Assembly: GCA_035545635.1 (NCBI GenBank)
Contig: DASZXY010000011.1
Span: 133,805-197,804 of the forward strand
Direction of reading: 5' to 3'
DNA: 64,000 nucleotides
DNA from: Mycobacteriales bacterium
Lineage (GTDB): Bacteria > Actinomycetota > Actinomycetes > JAFAQI01
The position numbers and the translations under genes are program-made. Within the stretch, counting starts at the first letter, position 1, and every line of letters starts with the position of its first letter. This document shows, in pieces, positions 18,218-25,036 of the stretch. Below the pieces are notes generated by a model. The model worked only from the letters and a program-made list of their open reading frames with translations. It was not told the DNA's origin and searched no databases.

Positions 18218-18649
18218 TCAGGCGGCACCCTCGGCGACTTCGGCGTCGCCGGGCTGGAACGGCGTGGTCCCGCCGTACACCGCCGCGACCAGAGCGCCGA
18301 TGTCGTTGGCGACCCTGCCGACCGACTCGAGCGCCTCGCGCAGCGAGGATCGCGTGAGCGACTTCAGCCCAAGCGCCTGCTCAACGGTGACCGAGCCGTT
18401 GGACCAGCAGGCCCACGCGTTGCGGCTGCGGACGTTCACGTCGTTGAGCTCGTACATTAGCTTCGCGGTGCGAGGAACCTCTCTGGCCGCGATCGCCCAG
18501 ATCCGCACCATCATCGGGTTCGTCGATTCGAGTTGGACGAATCCCATCGCCGTTCCGTTGCGGAACGGGTAGTCGCCGTCGGAGTCAGCCGTCACGCGGC
18601 ACACGTCCCAGACGTCTTGCAGCATCCGCTCGACGTGCGAGCGGGCCAT
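18218..18649 (-). CDS. YbjN-like (T3SS-chaperone-fold) family protein
   Basis: MARSHVERMLQDVWDV...DGDYPFRNGTAMGFVQLE...MVRIWAIAA...LNDVNVRSRNAWACW matches the actinobacterial YbjN-domain pattern. Start taken at the internal ATG 18649. Confidence 0.6.
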   Translation of the reverse strand: MARSHVERMLQDVWDVCRVTADSDGDYPFRNGTAMGFVQLESTNPMMVRIWAIAAREVPRTAKLMYELNDVNVRSRNAWACWSNGSVTVEQALGLKSLTRSSLREALESVGRVANDIGALVAAVYGGTTPFQPGDAEVAEGAA

Positions 18650-18723
18650 CTTCTTATTGCCCAAGTGCCACCTCCTGTCTGCTTCGAGGGTGGCACCCGG
18701 ATACGACAACTTGTCCTCGCGGT

Positions 18724-18960
18724 TCAACCGCCCAGGAGGTCGTCGGAGGAGCCGCCATCGCCGCCGATGTCGGCGTCGGGACTCAGCCCTCCGAGCGGGC
18801 CGACGGGACCGAGTTCGGGCAGGCCGCCGTACGGCGGGGACGAGCCGCTATCGACGGATCCGCCACCGCCTCCGCCGAACATGCGGCGCACGACGACAAC
18901 GAGACACCACAGGATGGTGACAATCGCGGCCCCGACGATGAGGCAAACGACGACTACCAC
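18724..18960 (-). CDS. Small single-pass membrane protein with a Gly/Pro/Asp-rich tail (speculative)
   Basis: GTG at 18960 gives VVVVVCLIVGAAIVTILWCLVVVVRRMFGGGGGG...DDLLGG (78 aa). It lies between the NERD and YbjN genes on the same strand. The longer track ORF overlaps the NERD gene. Confidence 0.25.
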   Translation of the reverse strand: MVVVVCLIVGAAIVTILWCLVVVVRRMFGGGGGGSVDSGSSPPYGGLPELGPVGPLGGLSPDADIGGDGGSSDDLLGG

Positions 18961-19006
18961 CGGCTCACCGCTTGATCGGCGCAAAGGCTCGGTCGCGGGC
19001 GCCTGG

Positions 19007-19753
19007 TCAGGTGCGGGGACGCCGCGAGAGGCGGCTAAGCAGTCCCGCCTTGGCCGCTTCTTGCCGCGGCGTTGGCAGGGTGGCGCCTGGCAGCGAGGGG
19101 GCGCTCGGTTGCGAGGAGATCGCCTGCCAGTCGAAGGCTCTTTCTGCTGGAGGGCTGGCGTTGCGGGGGACGTACGACCGCACGAGCCCACGATCCAGCG
19201 CGAGATAACCCTGCTGGACGAGATCGGGCGCGAGGAGTCTCGGCTGGGCTCGGATCCACTCGACGATGTCGTCGATACCGGCGATCGTCACGGTGCCGAG
19301 GGACTGCATCGGACCGACGGACTCACCTGCCAGTACCACCACAGCTTCCGCCCGCGGCGACGCGAACGGCAACATCGCCATGATCGTGAGGGCGGCCTGT
19401 CGAACTGACTCCAGATTCTTCATCCGGTTGTAGCCGTTCTGCCGAAGAACGCCATTCCGAATCTCGACCCGACCAGTCCAGTTCTTCGCATCGATGATGA
19501 ACAGGCCCGGCGGCCCGAGGAGGACGTGGTCGATGTTGGCTTGCTTCCGGCCCGGCCACGGGCGATCGTCGAGTCGGAGATAGCCCTCCGCCGCCAGCGC
19601 GTCGAGTGCTCTGGCTACGGCGACTTCGCCGGCCTCGCCGCGGGCAAACATTCTGGCTCGACGCTCAAGGTTCTCTGCCCGCTTGCGCGCCTCCTGGGCA
19701 GCTTTCGCGCTGCGCGCAGCTTCCTGCCCGGCTGACCCACCCGCCTGCTGCAT
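19007..19753 (-). CDS. NERD (nuclease-related domain) protein
   Basis: GEAGEVAVARALDALAAEGY...ANIDHVLLGPPGLFIIDAKNWTGRV is the canonical NERD core. It has an N-terminal coiled segment and a C-terminal low-complexity tail. Confidence 0.8.
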   Translation of the reverse strand: MQQAGGSAGQEAARSAKAAQEARKRAENLERRARMFARGEAGEVAVARALDALAAEGYLRLDDRPWPGRKQANIDHVLLGPPGLFIIDAKNWTGRVEIRNGVLRQNGYNRMKNLESVRQAALTIMAMLPFASPRAEAVVVLAGESVGPMQSLGTVTIAGIDDIVEWIRAQPRLLAPDLVQQGYLALDRGLVRSYVPRNASPPAERAFDWQAISSQPSAPSLPGATLPTPRQEAAKAGLLSRLSRRPRT

Positions 19754-19980
19754 GATCAGCCTCCCCGACAGCTCGCAACGGGATCATCATTCGCGAACTG
19801 ATTAGGCAGCGCAACCGTCCTAGCTCGAAGCGATGGCCTCGTCCGCTGGGTGGGGCGGGCGTACCGGCGTACGGCTCGGCTTCTTCGCTCGTCCCCGACC
19901 TGGTGGCCGACCTCGGCTCTTCGGGCTCACCGGCCCAGTCCATCAGACCGCGCAGGCGTTCCGCACCCTCCCGCCGTACG

Positions 19981-20039
19981 CCGAGCCCTACGCAGGTTGC
20001 GTTAAACGCGACGAGTTCGGCAACTTACGTAGGGCTCGG
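19981..20039. repeat. 59-bp hairpin repeat, copy 1 (best-paired)
   Basis: ccgagccctacgcaggttgc-gttaaacgcgacgagttcg-gcaacttacgtagggctcgg. The 20-nt arms pair with one C.A mismatch and one G.U. It lies 3' of the minus-strand gene ending at 20102. Confidence 0.85.
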
Positions 20040-20101
20040 CGTGGGTGCCGGTCGGCTCGTCCGTCCGGCGAGCACTCCCGAGGAGTCGCGAGGCCCGCCA
20101 C

Positions 20102-20602
20102 TTAGGGTCCACCCGGGGATGGAGGGCGGAGGGGCACCACGTTGCCGGCCGGCGACAGATTGCTGAGTGTGGGAAGACGTCCTGCTGCTCGGCCACGGCC
20201 CATCGTCCAACCGTGCGGGGTGACGACGATCACCTCACCCACGTAGGTGTTCATCATCTGTACGCCGTAGATCAGCGCATAGCCCCATGCCGGGTCGTCC
20301 GGTGCCCACACGACGTATCCGTCGCGACAGCGAACTAGGTGCGTGACGTAGTCGGGCGGTAGCGGTCCGATGTCGTCGCCGATCAATGCTGTCACTGCCG
20401 ACCGAATAGCGCTCGTGCCCGGCGGATGGCCGGTGCGCTCCGGGACGTCATCGGCAAGGCGGCGCGCGCCGACCAGCGCGCCCATGAGGTCGAACACCGC
20501 GATGTACGTCGACCCAGCCACGAGCGGCACCTGTCTGTCGACTGCGGCCAAGGTGCTTGCTACGTCGTCGAGCCGCCACGGCTCGCAGTGAGAGCACGGC
20601 AT
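20102..20602 (-). CDS. Hypothetical protein (start uncertain: 20602 or 20692)
   Basis: This is the C-terminal 166 codons of the 350-aa track ORF. The upstream part of that ORF is antisense to the better-looking plus-strand gene 20702..21202. No family recognised. Confidence 0.35.
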   Translation of the reverse strand: MPCSHCEPWRLDDVASTLAAVDRQVPLVAGSTYIAVFDLMGALVGARRLADDVPERTGHPPGTSAIRSAVTALIGDDIGPLPPDYVTHLVRCRDGYVVWAPDDPAWGYALIYGVQMMNTYVGEVIVVTPHGWTMGRGRAAGRLPTLSNLSPAGNVVPLRPPSPGGP

Positions 20603-20701
20603 CCGTGCATCGTGACCGCCGCCGCACCTGTTGTGCAGGGCTTGTCCACATGTCGACCGTGAGCGCTGCAGGCGACGCGTTCGGCGGACCATTCTTTCCC
20701 G

Positions 20702-21202
20702 GTGGGAGATAGTGCAGCCTTTTCCGGGCACTTCCGCGTGACACCGCCATTGAACGCCGCGGAGTTCGCCTACCTCGCGGCGTTCAGCGAGAGTCGCCGG
20801 CATGCCGGGCGTGGTCATCCGTACGACGTACCCGCTCATCCTCGAGATGACGGGCCGCCCTGCGGGACGGATCAGCTCAACATGCCGGCAACTGGCCAAC
20901 CCAATGTGTGGTGTCCCTGGTTTCCAACGTGCGCGGGAGGGTGCTTCGTGATCGACGCCGAGGCGAACTTCGGCGCCCCGGTCGAGTGGCTGCAGTACCT
21001 GCTCGACCACTTCTTGCGCCGTGGTGCACTGGCCGAGGCGTCGCGGCGAAGCGAGTTCGAGGCATTCACCTTCAACCATTCGCTGTCCGGCGCAGTGGCC
21101 ATGTACCGCGCGGATACTGGCGAGCTCAGCCTGATCGGAGTAGAGGACGGCCATGTGTTTCAGTCGATCGTCGTGGCCGGGGAGGACACAAGCAGGATTT
21201 GA
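20702..21202 (+). CDS. Conserved-looking actinobacterial hypothetical protein
   Basis: 166 aa. Third-position G/C is high when read codon by codon. Protein-like motifs: FRVTPPLNAAEFAYLAAFSESRR, VWCPWFP, PVEWLQYLLDHFL. Confidence 0.55.
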   Translation: MGDSAAFSGHFRVTPPLNAAEFAYLAAFSESRRHAGRGHPYDVPAHPRDDGPPCGTDQLNMPATGQPNVWCPWFPTCAGGCFVIDAEANFGAPVEWLQYLLDHFLRRGALAEASRRSEFEAFTFNHSLSGAVAMYRADTGELSLIGVEDGHVFQSIVVAGEDTSRI

Positions 21203-21339
21203 GTATGGCGGTCCAGCCGAAACGCAAGTGGGCCGGCCGAGTGAGGCTGGTCCTCGACGCTGAAGCAGTCGACGCTCTCCTCGATGCTCGGCACCCGGCG
21301 GAGAGCCGTTCGCCTGACGAATCAGTACGCCGCTCGACG

Positions 21340-21398
21340 CCGAGCCCTACGCAGGTTGCGTTAAACGCGACGAGTTCGGCTACTTACGTCGGGCTCGG
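21340..21398. repeat. 59-bp hairpin repeat, copy 2
   Basis: Identical to copy 1 except for two substitutions in the 3' arm (gcTacttacgtCgggctcgg). It lies 3' of gene 20702..21202. Confidence 0.85.
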
Positions 21399-21434
21399 TG
21401 CGGGAGGTTGCCGGACTGGTAGGTCGAAACTGTC

Positions 21435-22880
21435 TTGGTGAGGAACCGGTGCGCACTGACCGCAGCGCTATTGCTGGCGTTGACCGGCGCGGCAGGCCCG
21501 GCGCTCGCCGCACCGAGCGCAGCGCCGGCCCCCGGCAGTGCGGCGTACGTCGAGCGCGACGTGCGCAACATTCAGGCCGCGTTCGGCCGCGGCGTCGCTC
21601 AGCTGCAGGAACCCGGCTACCTCACCTCGGTCGCCCGCGACGCGCTCGAGCTGGAGCTCGCCGACCTCGCAGCACAGGCAACCCGGCCCGACCGTCCTGC
21701 GCTGACCCTCGGCAATGCGGTCCCCGAAGGTGTCGGTAACCCCGACCGCGACGGCTGGTCCGGCACCCGCGGCCAGATCACCCCGGTGAGCTTCCCGGCG
21801 TACGACGGCGCGCTGCTGCAAGGGCACCTCTTTACCCCGCTGCCACACGCGCGCGACCCATACACCCACCGAAAGCTCCACGCGCCGTACCCATCCGTCG
21901 TCATCGTCACCGGCTCGATCCAGGCCTCCGCCGGCGTCTACCGGTGGCTCGCCGAGGACCTCGCCGAGCGCGGGTACGCCGCCCTCACCTTCGACGTCCA
22001 AGGCCAAGGCCAGAGCGAGACGCTGCCCCACAACGGGTCACTCGACGGCGTGCCGTCGGAGCAGCAGGACAGCTTCGACCATGACACCGAGGACGCGATC
22101 ACCTGGATGCTCTCCACCCCAAAACACAGATATAGAGGAGGCACCTTCAACCCGCGATGGCGCCAAGTCGACCACCGCAAAGACCACCACTCCGTCACCG
22201 AAGGCAGGACGAGGAAGCTCGCCGTCATCGGGCACTCCACCGGCGCGGTCACGGTCTCCTACCTGCAAGGCGTCGACCGCCGCATTCAGACCGCGGTCGC
22301 CCTCGACAAGCTGACCGCGACACCATCCGCGATCGACGACGACAAGGCGGAGATCGGCGACCTGCCCGGCCCGGTCAAACCCGCAGTCCCGACGCTCGGC
22401 CTGCAAGCCGAGTACGGCTTCGAGCCGCAGCCCTACTTCCTCGCCAACTGCTCCTCGTTCGAGCCGTGCCAGGGCTCACCCGACAAGGCGCCGGACCCGA
22501 ACCGCGAGGAGGCGACCGGCTTCGACACCTTCCGCGCCCACCACGTCGACACCGCGGTGATCGTCCCGCGCGCCTCCACACACCTCGACTTCACCGACCT
22601 TCCGCCGATCCTGCCGTCGTCCGCGCTCGGCCAGGCGATGATCAGCTACTACATGCAGCAGTGGCTCGCGCTCTACCTGCAGCACAAGCCGCAGGCCGCA
22701 CGCGCGATGCGCAGTACGACGATCCGCTACCTGATGCCAGGCCGGGGCGACGTACGACGCCCGATCGCCTTCGACCGCAACAGCCACCTCTCCTTCTACT
22801 TCTGCTCAGGCTTCGCCTTCCGCGACCTCGCGGGCCACGAGGTCGCCGACGGCGACCTCACCCATGTCGGCTGCCACTAG
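21435..22880 (+). CDS. Secreted alpha/beta hydrolase
   Basis: Signal peptide MVRNRCALTAALLLALTGAAGPALAAPSA. Nucleophile elbow VIGHSTGA. Dienelactone-hydrolase/PAF-acetylhydrolase-like layout. Confidence 0.75.
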   Translation: MVRNRCALTAALLLALTGAAGPALAAPSAAPAPGSAAYVERDVRNIQAAFGRGVAQLQEPGYLTSVARDALELELADLAAQATRPDRPALTLGNAVPEGVGNPDRDGWSGTRGQITPVSFPAYDGALLQGHLFTPLPHARDPYTHRKLHAPYPSVVIVTGSIQASAGVYRWLAEDLAERGYAALTFDVQGQGQSETLPHNGSLDGVPSEQQDSFDHDTEDAITWMLSTPKHRYRGGTFNPRWRQVDHRKDHHSVTEGRTRKLAVIGHSTGAVTVSYLQGVDRRIQTAVALDKLTATPSAIDDDKAEIGDLPGPVKPAVPTLGLQAEYGFEPQPYFLANCSSFEPCQGSPDKAPDPNREEATGFDTFRAHHVDTAVIVPRASTHLDFTDLPPILPSSALGQAMISYYMQQWLALYLQHKPQAARAMRSTTIRYLMPGRGDVRRPIAFDRNSHLSFYFCSGFAFRDLAGHEVADGDLTHVGCH

Positions 22881-22884
22881 TCCG

Positions 22885-22943
22885 GCGAGCCCTACGCAGG
22901 TTGCGTAACTGGGCGCGAGTTCGGCTACTTACGTCGGGCTCGC
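22885..22943. repeat. 59-bp hairpin repeat, copy 3 (divergent loop)
   Basis: gcgagccctacgcaggttgcgtaactgggcgcgagttcggctacttacgtcgggctcgc. The arms are conserved, the loop differs at about 7 positions, and the outermost pair is swapped C-G to G-C. It starts 5 nt after the stop at 22880. Confidence 0.8.
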
Positions 22944-23145
22944 GCCTGTCCCGGACACCTGTTGCGCCCGGGTATACGCTGATCTTGCTGAGCCGTTCCT
23001 GTCGTGACGGCAAGCTCGCGTTAAGAAGATGCGCGGGTGGAAAGGGCACTAGCTCCCTTCTCAGGACCGCCTCAACCAGGCGCTCACGAACCCACCCTCC
23101 GGCATCGAGCGCTCACTCCTTGCCGCGCCGCGATAGGGCAAGCAT

Positions 23146-23871
23146 GTGACGGGCGAGCAGATTCCCAGCCAGGCGAGCAGCCGCTCCGATGCCGCGTTCA
23201 CCGAGCTCGGTGACCTCGCGGTCGGCGGCCTTCCGCTCAACGAGGTCCTGGACCGTACGGCGGAGCTCGCCAAGGACGTGCTGCGGCTGTCCATCGAGGC
23301 ATCGGTCACCCTGATCGAGGGCGAGACCGCGACGACTCCGTCGTACACCTCCGAGGTCGCCCGCGAGCTCGACCAGACCCAGTACGACCTCGGCTACGGG
23401 CCGTGCGTCGCGTCCGCGCAGGCCGGGCAGCAGGTGCACATCCCCGAGATGGCCGCGGAGACCCGCTGGCCGGAGTTCACCGCTGCCGCACATCGTCACG
23501 GGGTCAGCAGCATGCTGTCGGTGCCACTGCCAGTGCAGCGACAGGTGATCGGCGCACTCAACCTCTACGCAGCGCAGCCCCACGCCTTCGACGACGAGTC
23601 GGTCGGACTCGGCGTCCAGTTCGGCACCTATGCCGCCGTGGCGATCGCCCACACCAAGCTCGTGGGCACCGCTGCCGAGCTTGCGCAGCAGATGGCGCAG
23701 GCGATGGCCTCACGCGCCGACATCGAGCAGGCCAAGGGCATCCTCATGGGCCAGCGTCACTGCAGCGCCGACGAGGCGTTCGACCTGCTCGTCCACCTGT
23801 CCCAGACCACTCATCGCAAGCTGCGCTACGTCGCGCGGGTAGTGATCGCCGAAGTCGCCCCCAAGACCTGA
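23146..23871 (+). CDS. GAF + ANTAR RNA-binding antitermination-type regulator
   Basis: C-terminal ANTAR signature RADIEQAKGILMGQRHCSADEAFDLLVHLSQTTHRKLRYVA, with an N-terminal GAF-like region. Confidence 0.85.
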   Translation: MTGEQIPSQASSRSDAAFTELGDLAVGGLPLNEVLDRTAELAKDVLRLSIEASVTLIEGETATTPSYTSEVARELDQTQYDLGYGPCVASAQAGQQVHIPEMAAETRWPEFTAAAHRHGVSSMLSVPLPVQRQVIGALNLYAAQPHAFDDESVGLGVQFGTYAAVAIAHTKLVGTAAELAQQMAQAMASRADIEQAKGILMGQRHCSADEAFDLLVHLSQTTHRKLRYVARVVIAEVAPKT

Positions 23872-23969
23872 TGACAACGAACCGCCACAAGCCGTACCGT
23901 TTTTCGAGGAACTCCGACTGCCTGAGAAGCCACGGCGCCGGTCCCCTTGGATTCATCGATGGGAACGCG

Positions 23970-24176
23970 ATGTCAGGTATCAGCAGACTGAAATGCCTGG
24001 AGTGCGAGGCGGTGTTTGTCCTCGGCGCTGACGGCGTCGCGAGCGCCGCTCACGTCGCCACCTTCGCCACCGCGCACGTCCACGACACCGTGACCTCGAA
24101 GATCAGCTTCGAGATCACCGCCGAGCCCGCCCGCGCCGACGAGTACGCGTCTTCCGGCGACAGCCGGAGCCGCTAG
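23970..24176 (+). CDS. Small Cys-pair protein (speculative)
   Basis: ATG 23970 gives MSGISRLKCLECEAVFVLGADG... (68 aa). It follows a lower-GC spacer and is convergent with the coiled-coil gene, overlapping it by 4 nt. Confidence 0.25.
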   Translation: MSGISRLKCLECEAVFVLGADGVASAAHVATFATAHVHDTVTSKISFEITAEPARADEYASSGDSRSR

Positions 24177-24964
24177 GCGCTGTCCGCGGTGCCGGCCAGA
24201 CGAAGCCGCGGCACGGGAGGCGGCACGGCGTCGCGCTCGGCACGTTGCCGGCGCTCGGCGTCTCGCTCCGCTTGCGCCCGCTGCAGCCCCTCGGCGAGGT
24301 GACGGGCGTCGGTCGTGAGCGCGTGCAGCTGCGACTCGAGCTCGACGCATCGGGTGCGCGCAGCTTGGCGCTCCTCCATCAGCTGCTCGCGGTCGGCCCG
24401 CTGCCACTCGATGGTTCGCCGCAACTGGTCGACTGCCGCAACGTGCAGCGCGACCTGTTCCTCGAGCTCGTCGCCGCGCTTCACCGCGTCGTCGTGCGCA
24501 TCGGCAACGGCACCCGCGGCCTGCAGCGCTGCGTCGTGGGACTGCGATGCGACCTGCCGCACCATCGCCTCGAGCCGCTCGGCGCGGTCACTCAACTGCT
24601 GCGACGCCTGCCGCTCTGCCGCGAGCGCCTCGGTCAGCTCCGCCACCTGGGCGCCGAGGTCGGCAACCCCGGCGCGATGGGTCTCGAGCTCGAGGTGCTG
24701 GGCAGCGAGCTGGGCACGGCGCGCGTGCAGCTCGGTTTCTGCGGCCGCTCGGTCCTGCGCCTCGTCGTTGCGCGATTCGGCGACCGCGGTCAGCTGGGCA
24801 TGCATGTCGTGGAGCGCCTGCTGCATTCGCTGGAGCTGCCCGACCCAGTGCTGGTCACGCGCCGCGATCTCGGCAGCGAAGCGCTGGTTCAGCGCATCGA
24901 GCGCGCTGGCCGGCTCCGTCGGCGCAGGCCGGAGCAGCGGCTGGTCGCCCATGCCCTGCTCCAT
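24173..24964 (-). CDS. Coiled-coil protein A; paralog of the coiled-coil segment of 25037..27997
   Basis: 263 aa of Ala/Glu/Gln/Arg/Leu-rich heptad-like sequence. LNQRFAAEIAARDQHW...AQLTAV aligns with LHQRFTADAAAREDRQ...AQLSEV of protein B. Confidence 0.7.
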   Translation of the reverse strand: MEQGMGDQPLLRPAPTEPASALDALNQRFAAEIAARDQHWVGQLQRMQQALHDMHAQLTAVAESRNDEAQDRAAAETELHARRAQLAAQHLELETHRAGVADLGAQVAELTEALAAERQASQQLSDRAERLEAMVRQVASQSHDAALQAAGAVADAHDDAVKRGDELEEQVALHVAAVDQLRRTIEWQRADREQLMEERQAARTRCVELESQLHALTTDARHLAEGLQRAQAERDAERRQRAERDAVPPPVPRLRLAGTADSA

Positions 24965-24968
24965 GGCT

Positions 24969-25015
24969 GAATTGTCGCGTTCAGTGCCACATTTCTGAAT
25001 CGCCCGAATGGATGA
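24969..25015 (-). promoter_or_regulatory. Conserved upstream box set of gene A (-10-like GACAAT 6 nt before ATG, plus a 23-nt conserved block)
   Basis: Plus strand gaattgtcg at 24969-24977 and ttctgaatcgcccgaatggatga at 24993-25015. The spacing is identical to the copy upstream of gene C. Confidence 0.5.
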
Positions 25016-25036
25016 GCGGCGCGGCGGGGGAGCGGG

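Noticed and set aside
20603-21154. Upstream half of the 350-aa minus ORF 20102..21154
   Set aside because: It is antisense to the plus-strand gene 20702..21202, which has better codon third-position G/C and protein-like motifs.
19981-22943. Integron attC (59-base element) interpretation of the three 59-bp hairpins
   Set aside because: The length and 3'-of-gene placement are suggestive. However, the arm ends lack the RYYYAAC / GTTRRRY core sites, the first bracketed segment holds two divergent genes, and no intI integrase or attI is present in the window.
22157-23149. 330-aa plus-strand ORF and similar Arg/Pro-rich alternative-frame ORFs (e.g. 23403..24176 N-part, 26686..27114, 27185..28165, 60343..60987, 59620..60180)
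   Set aside because: These are out-of-frame or antisense shadows of confidently assigned genes. Their extreme Arg/Pro/Gly/Ala content is typical of off-frame translation of about 70% GC DNA.
23872-24172. ANTAR target (dual hexaloop hairpins) downstream of the GAF-ANTAR gene
   Set aside because: I could not identify two adjacent stem-loops with A-x-x-G hexaloops by eye. A covariance-model search would be needed, so no claim is made.
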